A DNA stretch of 64,000 nt, taken from the NCBI GenBank assembly GCA_020891255.1, contig BQFW01000013.1, positions 1,054,001 to 1,118,000 on the forward strand, read 5' to 3'. The stretch comes from Entomortierella parvispora E1425. Its lineage: Eukaryota > Fungi > Mortierellomycota. Numbering within the stretch: the first letter of the stretch is position 1; every line of letters begins with the position of its first letter. Both the position numbers and the translations under genes were made by a program. The notes under the pieces were generated by a model. The model was not told the DNA's origin, searched no databases, and saw only the letters and a program-made list of their open reading frames with translations. This document shows positions 1 to 13,558 of this stretch, piece by piece.

Positions 1-679
1 GTCGAGGTCTGCTCTCAAAAGCTTGCTCAACTGGATGGTCTCAGCCATTTGCATCCGAAAGGAAGCATCCTACAAAAGAACAGCTCTTTTGTTTGGCTTC
101 CTGGCATGCTTTTTTGTTGCCCTGCTCGTCCTTCCTCCCTGCAGCCTGCTTACTGCTGCGTGTTTGTTTGCAGGAAATGAGTTTTTGATCCCCTCTCCAG
201 ATTTCTAAGGGAGAGGCGTATAGAGAGAGAGGAAGAGTCCTCCGCGCGACAAGATCCCTTCAGGCTGAATAATGAGGGGGATAGGGTATATGAACATCAA
301 GGAACAAAGTGCCTTTGGGATGCTAGGATGACTAACCACTCCCAAGGACTGGAGCCACAAGTGATCCGCCACATTCCATTTCCATCGCCACAATGTCCTA
401 TCGTATTTCCTTTCTTTTGTTCCTTTTTTGTTCCTTTTTGCATGCATTGCCGACCATGGGGGGTGGACTGGGGGGCGTCGCGCGACGACGCCTCGAAAGC
501 CACCGCATGAGTCAAAGGAGATTAAGAGGTGACCCGCGCACGACCCTGGGTCTTTCTGGGTCTTTCTTGCTTGGTCCCAGACGTCTTCGTCATCGTGAAT
601 GACCTCTTTTCTTTCTGCCTTCTTGCCCCCTCCCCGGGCGTGTTTTGGTTTGTTCCCAGCTGATACGTCGGTTGCTCAT
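1..679 (-). CDS. Partial multi-exon hypothetical gene running off the left edge of the window
   Basis: Exons can be chained with GT-AG sites into ...KAERKEVIHDDEDVWDQARK...PVHPPW|TLWRWKWNVADHLWLQSLGV|KSGEGIKNSFPANKHAA|DASFRMQMAETIQLSKLLRADLD. The ATG at 679 needs a 1-nt correction in a G-run. No family recognised. Confidence 0.4.
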
Positions 680-2535
680 TGTTTTTTTTTTGGTTGTTGC
701 ACAGGAAGGGGAAGATTCAGCGCGGCAAGCAAAGGACTTCAGTTTTCTTTATCTTTCGTCTTTTTGAGCCATTCAATTGGAGTTTGCTAAGTAATATGCA
801 AAAGCAAAAAATACCCTCGATCACCAAGGGGGGGGGGAGTGCTAACAAAACACTCTTGGAGTCAAAACCACCAGCGAACCAACCACCACTCGGATCTCAG
901 ACATCATTCGCTAAATCAAGCCTCAAGGTCGACGGTGCCATTGATGCGCCAAAGGTCAAGTACTCTAAAAGCAAAGCAGCCCAAAGCAAATTGGGGACGG
1001 GGCACCTCGCGTTTTTGTATAAAAACAAAGGGTCTGCCCCGATGACTGCACCTCTCAACCGCATCCAAAAAAAACCTCTCTCACAACCGCTCTTTCCCTT
1101 CTCTCTTCTTCCCTTCAGCCCTCACTGGTCTTTCTCGTCCTCACCTTCCCTTTCCCTCTTATTCCTTATTTTCGCTCTTTATTCCGCCTTTGGCTCCTGC
1201 TCTTTCTTTAATTCCGACTCTCCTCCTCCCTCCTCTCATTCATTCATCTTTTCTTTTCTCCATTCCGCTTTACGAAAAACAATTCAAAAAAAAGTACCTA
1301 TACCCCATTCACCTCGTTCTTCTTTTTTTATATATTCGTCTGTTCAACGCCTTACCCAAGCACAAAAGAATTGAAAAAACAGTCTAGTTTGTATCTCTTT
1401 TTCCCTTCAGTGTAAGTCAAAAACCTCTCTTCTTCCCAGTTCTTTTTTCTTGGTGGTGGTGGTTTTTTTTACTGTTTTCACGTTTCAATTGAGGCTCAGG
1501 AACGCGCTGACGAAAGACACAGTGTGAGTAAGGGGGGCAGATCAACACGCGTTCTTGTATCTCTTGTTTTGGGCCAAGAGTCTGTCGTGACCTCAAAAAA
1601 GTCGGAAAACGCCCAAAAGAAAGACCGTTGCACCAACACACCGACATCAACACTCCACTTTCAATTGATGGCGCAAACCACGAGGACAGGGCGGGGCATG
1701 GTGGTCCTCCATGGCGCACACAGACACAAACACAAAAAAAGAGGCATCGTGTTCCAGGCCGAGGGACGAAACAAAAAAACATAAAACCCGGCAGCGGGTT
1801 GTTTTTCTGTGCTGGCACGTTGCCTTCTGCTGAGGCAAGAAAAAAAACGAGTGTGTGTGAAAGTGAGGAAGGCTCTCATCCCATCCCAGGAAGAGGAAAA
1901 GGCCAAACAGGAGGACAGCAAAGGTTAGACAAACTAGACGATCACCGCACATCGATCGACCTATTGCGACTTTAGACTGAACGACAGGACCCCCCTATCC
2001 CCCTCGACTTTTCGACATTTTTGCCTCGACATTTCATTTTTTTTTTTTTTTTTTTTGGTTTTCCCTCCAATGGTCCAGTTCTTTGGTCTTTACCGGTTCT
2101 TTTTTTCTTCTTTGACCCCTCAAAAGCTCTCCTTTGATCCCTCGTTTTTTGCACTTTACTGCCCTTGTCAGCAGTGGCAGTCTCCAAGGACCCTCTGACA
2201 GACTGACATTCTTTCGTTGGTCGTGATTGGGCATTGGGTATCATTTATCTGGCGTCTTCTGGCATCTTCCCTCCCAATTGTTTGTTTTGTCAGGCATCCA
2301 TTGCATCGTCCCCTCTCCTTGCCACCCCGCGCATCTCTCGCTCGCTCGCCTTTTGTCCTCTCGCACGAGATACATAAAGTTGAGCCCACAGGACTCGACG
2401 GCCCTTTTTTTTTGCAAATCCCTAATCGCGATCTCCTCTCTCCTCTATCCTTCCGGCAGCCACCTTAATAGCCCATTGGCCCCTCAAAAAGTTCCCCTAT
2501 AATCCAATACTCCCTCCCCTAATACACTGTCCAAC

Positions 2536-4705
2536 ATGAGTCAAGTCCCCGGCACCAAGACCTCGACAAAGACCTCCACCGTGAACGGTGTCACGACCGT
2601 TGTCACAACCATCGAGACCCCAGGTCAACCCACACGTATCACCACCACCACCACCACCACCACGACCAAGAAGCCTGTCGCTCCAGGTCAAGTCCAGCCC
2701 CAGCCCCAGCAGTACTTTTCTTCGCGCCCTGTCCCTGTTCAACAAGAACCAGAACAGCCGAAACGCAGGAGTTTCTTCTCTTCGCTCAAGAAGGTCTTGC
2801 CCGGCAACAACTCTGAAAAGCGAGCCTCCATCATCCAGACCCCTCCACCACCACAGCAGCAGCATCAGCAGCGACCTACCACACCCGTTCCTGCGCCGGT
2901 CCAACAACAGCAGCGACCCACACCCGTCCCTGCACCAGTCCAACAGCAGCAGCGACCTACACCCATCCCTGCCCCTGCCCCGGTCCAACAGCAGCAACGA
3001 CCTGCTCAGGTCCAGCCACAGGTCCAGGCACAGCGCCCGGCCCCTGTTCAGTCACAGGCCCCCGTCTTGCCCCAGATCATTCGCCAAGAGAATGGCAATG
3101 GTATCTTTGAGGACCTGTCTGAGAAGTTGCGCCAGACGACCTTGACCCGGCCAACACCTGCGGTCGAGCACCACACATCGACGTCAACGTCGACCACCAC
3201 GACCCAGAACGGTCATATTGTCCATCATGCCTCCACCACCTACTCTGGTGAAGGTATGCCCGACGATGCCATCTCCCTTCTCAAGTAGGTTACTGACTGA
3301 CCTCAGACTGACTTCATGGTTTGTTCCTGATTTCATATTCTAATCTCTATTTTTTCTTTTTTTCGCGTCTGTGCCATCATTTCCTTTTTCACCTTCACCC
3401 ACTTGTAGGCGATCCCAACCCCTGTTGGCGCCCACTTTCAGTGGCCAAAGATTGGATGTGGACTCTATTGATTTCTCGCGCGAGGATGAATTGGCCCGCT
3501 CTTGCCCCTCTTCCAAGATGGCGTCGATCCCTGCTCTGTCTGACTACTTGACCTCACCCTGCGCTGGGGACAAGGTCTCTCAGCTCCGGACCATCTTTAC
3601 CTGGATGGCCAACAACATTATATACGATGTGCCCGCCTTCATGTCGGGTCACTATGGTGACCAGTCCCCTGAAGGTGTTCTCCATAACCGAAAGGCCGTC
3701 TGCGAAGGTTACGCCAACCTGTTCATTGCCCTGGCCGAGCCCGCAGGACTTGATGTCAAGAAGGTCATTGGTGTCGCCCGAGGTGTTGACATCCAGGTCG
3801 GTGACGAGCGTCTCGGCAGTCCCCATGCCTGGAACGCTGTGACGATCGATGGCGAATACCTGTTGATTGACTCGACCTGGGGTGCTGGTGTCTGTGATCT
3901 GGCCACCCGCTCCTTCCGCAAGCTGTTCCGTCCCTTCTTCTTCTTGCTTCGACCCAACCGTCTCATCTACACTCACTGGCCCGATGATCCCCGCGAGCAG
4001 TTCTTGGACCCCCCAATTCAAGAAAAGGTCTTCAGGGACCTCCCCGCGATCAAGCCCGAGTCTTGGGGTCTTGGTATCAAGCTCGCAGGCAAACACCGCG
4101 GTCAGGTTATCCGAACCAAAGACGATTCGATCGAGCTCGAGGTCCGTCTGAAGAAGCGACCCTCTGACGGTCAAGCGGGCAAGATCGTGGCCCGTTTGAA
4201 CTGGAAGGGTCAATCTGTACCGACTTCCTGTCAATGGTTGAGAGATGACGCCAAATATGTCTGGATGTCTGTCAAGGGATTCTGTCCTTCGTCCGGTCAA
4301 GGCGAGCTGAATGTCTTTGGATGGCCCCCAGGTGGTGACCAGACCAAGAACGGACCTCAGTGCTTGAGCTTCCGTGTCATTAACGAAGGATCCGGTCGGG
4401 CAGCGAAACCCATGTTGCAGCAGTATGTGGTCAAGGGCTTTGCCTTCTCAGTCTTGGAGCCCATGGAGGCCTATGTCAAGAAGAATGTGCCACAGACGAT
4501 CAAGATCCGTGTCTTTGATGTGGAGAAGGGCGTGGTCCCTGCCTTGGCGTTGCAGTCGCCTGAGGGTGGCATGCCCGAGCGCCTGCCTCAGGTCCAACCG
4601 GGTCTCTTTGAGGTCCAGAAGGTGTTGAGTGCAGGCCAATGGAAGATTGTCAACATGAACTCGGAATATGCATTCAGCTTTGCAGCTGTTTTCGATGCTG
4701 TATAA
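2536..4705 (+). CDS. Transglutaminase-like (kyphoscoliosis peptidase/Cyk3-type) protein with Thr/Gln/Pro-rich N-terminus
   Basis: Two exons (2536-3284, 3409-4705) joined in frame by a GTAGGT...TAG intron. Catalytic-triad motifs AVCEGYANLF, HAWNAV and LIDSTWGAG are present. The N-terminus has QQQQRPTPVPAPV repeats. Confidence 0.85.
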
Positions 4706-4856
4706 GAGATACCAAGTTGAATCCAATCCAGTCCGTCTGCCATCCCAAGCTACCTATACCAGCTATGTAATACCCCGCAGCATTCCCTAATTGCTCAATT
4801 CGACCATCCACGATAATAATAAATATAAAAAAAATGTTTAAGTTTATCTGCTGTGC

Positions 4857-5352
4857 CTACTCTGTTTCGCCCACATCCTTGACCATCTCGTTGACCTTGG
4901 TGGCCGGCTACAACAAAAAAAAGAAAAAAAAAGAAAATACGTCAGTTCAACAGGACAGATTAAACCAAAAGAGCAAAAAAAAAAAAAAAAAATGCATTCA
5001 ACTTTACCACCGCAACAATGGCTTTGCCCTTGTTCCAATCCACCACCAAGGGCTTCATCAGATAGCCAGGATTCGCATCCAAGATCTTTTGGACCTCAGC
5101 CACTGTCGAGGCCTTGGGGGCTTCAGGGGTGAGAATTTTGGCACAACCGGTAGCAGCAGAGCCCTTGCCGAGATATTCCACAATGTTGGAGACCTGTTGG
5201 TGGGTGGGGGCGGTCTTTGATTCGATGAGGTCAATGTCGAACTTGTAGTTGACGGACGCCTGGCGGAGGAGTTTCAGAGCCTGGTTGCTGACCTCGCTCG
5301 CAGGGTTGTGGAAGAGCGTGAGCATAGGGAACTTTGGGAGACGGAAAGACAT
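4857..5352 (-). CDS. Fmp46/DUF1687-like thioredoxin-fold mitochondrial redox protein
   Basis: LTLFHNPASEVSNQALKLLR...PLVVDWNKGKA resembles Fmp46. Exon 1 5352-5008 (GTAAAG donor); exon 2 4907-4857 (PATKVNEMVKDVGETE*). Confidence 0.7.
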
Positions 5353-6188
5353 GGTGGAGGAGTGAGAGACGAGCTATGAAAGGAAGAGGGAGAGGGTCAG
5401 ATCTGGTCGGATCGGATGGGAGAGAGAGTAGGCAAGTAGGGTGAGAAAGAAGAGAACAAACAGTGGACAGGAAAAGGAGGGAAAGGGAGGAAGGTGTATA
5501 TGGGGAACAGAAGAAAGAAGAGAGAAAAAGAGAAATGCGCAGAGGAAAGAGAGAGTTTTTTTTAAATGAGACAGTCGCGTTCAAAACCGAAGCGCGTCAT
5601 CGCTGGATGAAAAGAGAAGGAGAGGATGGGTGCAATCCACGTCGATCGTTCTTCTATTTCTGTCTATCTTCTTTCTCGCCTTTCTTCCTGCCGTTGCTGT
5701 CGATAAACGCGACTTTGGAATACGGGGGCAGAGTGGCATGTGTCTGGGTCAGGACCGTTTTTCCCGAGGATGAAGTTCGCACGAAAAGAGGATTGTCGCA
5801 GTCAGGGCCATGGTGCTTTGTTGACAAGGACGCAATCGAGATGAGAGCACGAGTGAGAGAGAGCAAAGAAAGAAGGACAAGGGGAGCGATGGTCGATGGT
5901 CGACAGGGATGGCACAGATAGACAGACGAGCAGACAGACGAGCAGACAGACCCAAAGGACCAAAAGGAAAAGGAACCAAACCCTTTTGCCCTTTCGGCTT
6001 TGCTCTCGTTCAAACCTTCACTCTTTTTCTTTTTTCCTCTTTCTTCATCTCTCTCCATCTCTCCATCTCTCCCTTCTCTCCTCCACATCTGCAGACAGAC
6101 AGACAGCCCCCCCCTTCATCTGCAGACACCTTCTCCATCCTCCCCTTCATTTCTTTTCTCCTCTCCATCCTCCTCATCCATCCATCCA

Positions 6189-9135
6189 ATGGCTGACCAG
6201 GTCCCCGCCCACATCGCACAGCAGCGCCAACTCTATCAGGCTGCACTCCAGAAGCAGAACGGAGGCCAGCAGCAGCAGGGCTACGGCTCGCCCTCCCAGG
6301 CCCCCGCCGGTGCCTATGGTGGCTATCCCCAGCCTGGACAGCAGCAGCAGTACTATCAGGGACAGCAGCCCTCGTCGCAGCAGGACTACTATGGCCAGAA
6401 TCAGGCACCCGTTCCTGGACACCCAGATCCCTATGGCGGCCAGGCTCCTCCAGCCACCTCGGGTGCTTACAACCCTTACGGTCAGGTTGATCCTCAGTTG
6501 CAACAGCAACAGTACCAGCAACAGCAGCAGCAGGCCTATGGCGGCTATGCTGATGCACAGCAACAACAGTTGGCTTACCAACAACAACAGCAGCAGCAGC
6601 AATACCAGCAGCAGCAGCAGCAGCAGCAGCAACAGCAACAGCCTGCTGCCTCGACTGTATCTATTCAGCCATTGTCCTTCAGTCACCCTCCCGATGCTGC
6701 CCCGGTGCAGCAGCAACAGCAAGGATATGGACAGCCCGGATACCCTGGTCAGCCTGGTCAGGCCGCGTCCCCACCTGCCCAGCAGCAGCAGGTGCAGCCA
6801 AGACCCAACGCCACGATTGGCAGCGAATACCCTCTTCTGGTTGCCATTGATTTCGGTAAGGCAGACAGGCATTTGGAGGATGCAGTGCATTGCATGGATG
6901 ATCCAGGACCTTTCATTGCTCTTCTCTTGAGGATATGCAGGAGAAAGAGCCTTCCCTCGGGGAGTCAAAAAGAGGAGACGACAAGGACAGGACAGGAAAG
7001 GACAACACGACGGGATAAGGCGGGACCCAAGCAGCAACAGGACGGCTGAACGCAAGGATGAAGGAAGGGAGCGCTTACTACACAGAGATGAGGATGCAGC
7101 CATGGATGCAATGCCATTGACCGTCGTCATCATGATGCTCTCATCCTTGTCGATGACGAAGCGACCTGACTGGATGGATTGAATGCCATGCAGACGCTAA
7201 CGGACGTGTCTTCTTCCTCTGCCCTGTCTCAGGTACAACCTTCTCGGGCGTCGCCTATGCGTTCAAGAGCAACGGCGAGGTTCTTGAGATGACCACCTGG
7301 TAACCACCACTGCTTTCACTGGACATCGTCTGTTTGCATCACTGCACCATGGGACAACCACATCGCACTAACATTGATCTTGATATCTCTTAGGCCTCAT
7401 CAGGCTAACCTGTACGGAAAGGTCCCCACCGTCAGCGCTTACAACAAGGACACTGACCAGATCCATTCGTGGGGATACGCCGCCAAGGCTGCCATGTTGA
7501 CCCCTCAAGCTCGCAACATTGACCTCTTGCAAAAGTTCAAGCTGTTCTTGGACCATGACTTGGCGCCTTACCTGCCTCCTCTCCCCAGAACCATCAACCC
7601 TCAATCGGCTATCAGCGACTACCTCCGCGCCATGCATACGCATGCTATCAACGAGATTATCAAGAACAGCGGAGGCGGCATGGTCAACCCTCAGCATATC
7701 CAGTATTGTCTTACAGTTCCCGCCATGTGGACTGATGCCGCCAAGGGCGTCATGCGTCAAACAGCAATCCAGGCTGGACTGATCCAGCCCTCTGACCCTG
7801 CCCATCGTTTGCTTCTCGTGTCTGAGCCCGAGGCTGCAGCCATGTACTGCGAAAAGAAGTGCGAGCAGTTCAACTTGCGTCACGGAGATCGCTTCATGAT
7901 TTGCGATGCTGGAGGTAAGATCAGGAACCTGGAAGACTCCATGTGAACCAAAGCATCCAACAAAGCCCCGATCTATGATGAGATGTCTCTGACCAATTCT
8001 TTTTCTCTTCTCTCCGATCTGCTTCTTAAGGTGGTACGGTCGATTTGATTGTGTTCCAAGTCGATTACAGCAGTGGCACGCGTGCATTGACAGAAGTAAC
8101 GCGTGGATCCGGTGCGTCCTGTGGATCGGGCTTCTTGGATGAGAACTTTTCCATGTTGGTTCGCCAAAAGTTGCAGCGGTACGATTTGCAGCCCAAGGCT
8201 TGGGCTCAGATCATGGAGGAGTTTGTGTTCATGCATAAGCCCCAGTTCGATGGTGATGAAGACTCCTTCATCTCGATGCCCGCCGCAGTGGCCAACATGG
8301 TAGATCTGGATTTGAGACTGGAAGACGGACTGTTGGCGATCTCTGCTCAGGAGATGCGTGAGATGGTTTTCGATCCAGTTGTGAACCAGGTGCTGGGATT
8401 GATTGACGGACAACTGTTCCAGTCTCAGCAATGCTCGGCCATTTTCTTGGTCGGAGGCTTTGGATCCTCGCCTTATCTTCACAAGAGAGTCCAGCAGGAG
8501 TTTGAGAACCGCGTGCCCTTGATCCGTTACCCTCCTCGCCCAGATCTCGCCGTTGTCCGTGGAGCGGTTTACCATGGACTGACCCATCAACCAATTCAGT
8601 CCCGTGTGGCCCGTCGTTGGTATGGTGTCGACACGACCCGCGCCTACAAGCCCGGCGACCCCGTGGAGAAGAAGTACCTGCAGGATGGAAAATACCGTGT
8701 CCGCGACGGATTCTCAGTCTTTGTTCGACCGGGTCAGTCCATCTCTGTGGACGAATGCATCAGCAAAAAGTATATCACCCACAAGTACCCTGAGCCCTTG
8801 TCTTCGCCCCTTTATGTCTACAACGGCGAGAACACGCCCGAGTTTGTAGACTCGCCTGGCGTGCAAAAGTTGTGCGACTTTACTATTCCCTTGCCTCATA
8901 TGCCTGGTGCAGCCCCTGGTACTCCAGTTATCTTTACACTCCGTCTGTACTTTGGGTAAGTCTTGTTCCACTCTGAAATGTTCATTCAGGCCTGATCCCT
9001 TTCTTGTTTGTTCTAACGTCTTTTTCTTTCTGTCAATGTTTCTGCACTTTGTACTTTTACAGACGCACCGAGTTGAAGGCCGAGGCTGAGTTCCAGAACG
9101 GAGAGATCATTTCAACGTTGTGCCAGTTCCAGTAG
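6189..9135 (+). CDS. HSPA12-type Hsp70/actin-like ATPase with a Q/G/Y/P-rich prion-like N-terminal extension
   Basis: Five exons. Motifs VAIDFG|TTFSGVAY, YCLTVPAMW, LVSEPEAAA, ICDAGG|GTVDL, IFLVGGFGSSPYL and AVVRGA. The last exon ends YFGRTELKAEAEFQNGEIISTLCQFQ*. Confidence 0.85.
6496..6641 (+). repeat. CAG/CAA polyglutamine tracts in the Hsp70-like gene
   Basis: Visible (CAG/CAA)n runs encode QQQQYQQQQQQ...QQQQQQQQYQQQQQQQQQQQQ. Confidence 0.9.
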
Positions 9136-9294
9136 AGGAAACAAAAAAGTAAAAACGGAACTAGAGCAAATCTATATCGCAGTTATCAAGGGCATGTTTT
9201 TTCATTCCCCTTGATGAATAGACATTTGGGGCAAAATAAAAGGAAGTCTATTGTACATGGGTTTTTTATTGCATTCTCTCCTCAATGCCCACCA

Positions 9295-11028
9295 TTAGCC
9301 AAAGTAAGCCATGTTGGGGTTGGCGGTACGGTCCAGCTGGATCAACTGCGCGGCAATGAGACTGTACACGGTCTGGATGCCTCTAGACCTGTCCACGCCC
9401 ATGTCAACAGCTTCCTTGGCAATTAGGTCTTTGAGTGTCGGCAATGGCACCGAACCTCCCGCTTGGTAAATTGCCCTCAACGAACGAGCTGCCAAGATAG
9501 CTCCTGGGGTCCTAGGCGGATCAAATTCTAGCGTTGAGTCAGCACAGTTAGCAATCAAGTTGATGCTAATTTGTCTATATGAGAGTAAATTGGAAAGATG
9601 AGAAAAAGGGTCAGTTGGGTGTTTTTGCTGGTCAGGCCAATCCACAAAATCGAGGAGGATGCCTTACTGTATTACGTCCAGCTGAACAATATGGCGTTGA
9701 GTCTTCTCCAGATCCTCCAGCAACAATTCGATCTTTTGGTGCGCCTCCCTTACACCCACGGGCTCGATATCCGCATCTCCTTGCGCATTTTCTACTTTTT
9801 CCCATAGCTGCAGAAACTCTTCGAAATGTGGATCGGATTCCTGCTCCGTTGTAGACTCCTTTCTTTCCAGCTGATTCGCCTCCAGCTCTTCGTATTCCCT
9901 CTGGAGTTGTTCGAGTCGGGCCGCCTGCTCAACTTCGCGCTGCCTCTGCTCCTCAAGCATGGCCTCCATTTCCTCAATTTCCGCTTTGGAAGATGCAATC
10001 TCGGCCTCCATTTCAGAGTCCACTTCCATAGCGGAGGAGGCATCTTGGTCCATATGCTCTGTGTCTGCAATATCTGTCAACGAGTTCAATTCCTGCTCCA
10101 TGGTCCTGAGCTAGTATTTTGGGCGAAAACAAACAAGAAAAAAGATATTAGAACGATGCAAATCACGAAAGAATCAATCCTTTCTTTTCTAATTTTTTTT
10201 CTCCGTACCGTTTGTCGCTTTTCATTCAAGATCTGTTCCAGTGCAAAGATTTCACCCTCTTCCCGTGTAATATCAGCTCCAATTTCGTCTCCTTCCTGGT
10301 TTGAATTGTTCTCTTGACTGTCTCCTGTAGCACCACTTGCACTCTCGAGCTAAAGAAAAGATAAAAAGTCAGAAAAAGATGACTGAAAAAAAAAGTGCGG
10401 AACAAAATCATATTCGATGCTTTTCGTTTTACCTCGGACAATTTTGCCTGCAAATCCGAGATTGATTGAAGAACGTCCTCATGAGCAGCTGTGACATGGC
10501 TCAGTTTTCCTTGGATCTCCCTGCTTTGGCTATTTGAGAGGTTTGCGAGGGTATCAGTTCAAGCCTTCCAAGAAAAAGCTGGGTCTTTTTTCTCTTGCCA
10601 ACATAGATGCCACAGTGCGGTTGTTCCCTACCAAATTTCGTTCAGTGTTGTGGCGAGTTCCATGGTAGCCTCAAACTCATCTGCGCCCTCTCTCGTCCGG
10701 ACACTATTAAAAAAATAAAATAAAAAAAAGGGTCAAGTCAGAAATGCGTCCTGGTTTCTTTGAGGTGAGGTGATTCATTCCCTCCATCCATTTTCACTAA
10801 ATGAATCGTTCTGCCCATCAGAAAAAACCTCGCAAGGCGGTGACATTACTTGCGAATGGTCTCGTTTCCATTAACAGCAAAGAGGTTCCGTTCAAATGGT
10901 TTCGCGTTCCTGACAGGGACCGCCTGGTTTTCAAGGAGTAATGCAGAATACAATCGAGGGGTTGAAAAGTCGACCGCTGCCAGTCGTTGGGAGGAATCCT
11001 CCAATGCCGCAAGTCTTTCGTTCAGCAT
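9295..11028 (-). CDS. DASH/Dam1 complex subunit Spc34-like protein with a coiled-coil extension (multi-exon)
   Basis: The N-terminus MLNERLAALEDSSQRLAAVDFSTPRLYSALLL...VRNAKPFERNLF matches the Spc34 pattern (F..P..f.nalL...ird....ER.LF) from memory. It is followed by acidic coiled-coil exons and a C-terminal exon ending QLIQLDRTANPNMAYFG*. Confidence 0.5.
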
Positions 11029-11202
11029 CCAGGTCCAGCTTTGTCAATTATGGAGCAAGAGAGAGAGGAGTGGTGATGGATGAAAGAGGAATGAGGAGGA
11101 CACAAAAAAACATGCATGTTCGCGAGGACGCGTGACTGTCCATTTTTTTAATCGTTCGAAGGGGGGGGATTTTTTTTTGGGGCCTTTTGCTCCCTTTCTC
11201 TT

Positions 11203-13263
11203 TTAGACGGCAGTAGGCTTAGGAACCTGATCTTTCTTCAATTGCTCCTCTTGGTATCTCCTAGACGGCTTCTGAGGAAGGACGTAACCCGTACCACGCT
11301 TTTCCGCCAATGGGAGAAAAGTGGCCTGGGGCCTGTAGGAGGCATCCTTGATGACAGCTCGTTCCATTAGGAACTTTGGCATCCAGTTAAACAGAACGTG
11401 TCTAATGCACCTCTCGAATAAATTCTATGGATTTCATAGAAAAACACAAATAACATCCGTAAGAATAAAGAATGACCATGACGTATTAAGGTGTTCTCTA
11501 TAACGCACCTGACCAAAGAAGAAGGTAGCATTGGTATTGCTGTTGTCATCTTGGACCTTGACTTGAGGTTGGCTAGAGAGAGAGAAAAGGAAATAGGCAC
11601 CAGGTCAGCAAAACAAAGAAAACGGCAATACGTCGTCTCACAAACTAGAGTCCATCCGTAAATTTTCGCCATCTCCTCTCCTCAGTTTACCGTTGCTGCT
11701 TGTAATCCTCTAAAGCGGCCTTGATTGAAGACTGCTCCAGCGACTGCAGGTCATAGAGGCAGTTCGCAAGGATGACAGCATCCTGCATGGCCGAAATGGA
11801 CCCTTGAGCTCCACTTGGTAAAAGCTATTGCAATGAAAGCTGTGTGTGAGATTTTCTGTTTTTCGTTCCTTAGGTCATGACATTCAAGAGACAAATAAAA
11901 TAAGAATGAGGACTATTGTACCTTATGGACAGCATCGCCAAGGAGGACAGTTCGTCCATGGGTCCAGGTCTCAAACAACTTATTTTCAAGGAACACACGC
12001 GAGATCTTGTCCCTTGGAGTTTGATTGATGAGGTCCGCCAGGGTGCCCCAAGGTGTCTTGAAATCCTTCACTTTTTCGATCATCTCGTCGCTAGTCTCCG
12101 CAGACCATTCCGGGTTACTGAGTCTTTCCTTGTCAGACTCAGCCTTGGTTGAATACTGACGGACAACAACATAGCACACTCGATTGTCCTGAATGTTGAA
12201 CAAACTGACCTATGAGTGTGATAGAGGAAAAGAAAAAAAAATGTCAGCAGGTATAACATGGCCCTTTCGTAGAATAAAGGAAGAAACCTACGCTATTGGC
12301 TTACAGTGTACGGGGTACCTTCCACAATGACTTGATGCTGGACAGACTTGTCGGATGGGAGCGGGTACTTTTGGGGGTCCTACAAAATTTAAGATGAACA
12401 AGCGTCAGCTCAAATGAGCCTGATATCTCACTGGGCAAAATAGTGCCGTTCGTGATTTCAGAGGGCGATAAAGAGAATAGAGATACTAACCAAAGATTGG
12501 GTTGTGCCGACAAGACTTGAGAATCCCATGTTCATACTCATCTTGTCTGAAGTAGGAAGAATACCATCAAACTCCATCGTATCGTACAAGGATCTTCGGA
12601 CTGCACTGTGGGCGCCGTCTGCCCCGACCAGGATGGTTCCGAAGTATTCTGTTCCGTCTGCGCACCGAATCGCGACCTCCTCCGTGTTCTGCATCGTAGA
12701 AACAATCTTCTTGTTAAAGAGAATATTGCGCGCAGGAACTTTGGACAGGAGGAAGTCATAGAAAAAGGGGCGAGAGAAACACATATAATAGTAACCGACT
12801 CTAGAAAATAGAACAGGTAAAATATGAGATTGCTTCCTCATGTAGTTCTTCTTGGATCAAGATGCAATAGGTGCCGACATACAGATCCTTTGTGTCGGTA
12901 TCCAGGGTGGCAATTTCGGTCATGTCGCCGTTCACTAAGTGCAGGGCCTTCATCGGCAAGGCAAACTTTTCAAACTCCTCGTAGATACCAAGCTGCTCGA
13001 AGACTGGCAGTATGTTACCGTTGATGCACAACACAGATCCTGAAACGTGGAGGACGCATTGAAATTAGTAAGGACATGATATATAGAAACTCAAGCATCC
13101 TACACTTACCCAGAGCCTTCACTTCAGGAGCGCGCTCAAAGATCGTGTAAGGAATTCCTGCACGGTCGAGAAGAATCGCGAGAAAGAGTCCACCAACTCC
13201 AGCGCCAGAGATTAAGACACGAGGCTGTTCACCTTGGTTTCCTGTCCAAAGTGGAGAAGTCAT
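11203..13263 (-). CDS. FAD-dependent monooxygenase (FAD_binding_3), tandem copy 1 (most divergent)
   Basis: VLISGAGVGGL (Rossmann), ILVGADGAHS (DG) and VLLGDAVHK (GD) motifs across spliced exons. Ends KPSRRYQEEQLKKDQVPKPTAV*. Confidence 0.85.
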
Positions 13264-13558
13264 TCTGAAGAAAAGGTTGGGCAGAGGATAAGTAAGGTGA
13301 AGAATGAGATGAGATGCTTGGACAAGATGCAATTAAGATGAGAACGGACTGATTGAGTCGGGAAGCAGGCTCAAACGTCCAAAGTGCAATGGTTCCACAG
13401 CATGCGATGGTATTTTGTTTTTCTCTCTTTTTCTTTGTGACCACGATGAAAACGATGAAAACGACTGGATTGAGAGCAGCTGTGGAACAATGAAGCTGTT
13501 TATTCTTTTCTCAATCCTTGTTCACTGGAGTCCTTTGCGCTGTTTTCCTCTCCCGTTC

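Noticed and set aside
679-2500. Many overlapping 60-230 aa ORFs
   Set aside because: Low-complexity, homopolymer-driven translations with no motifs; this is likely a divergent promoter region.
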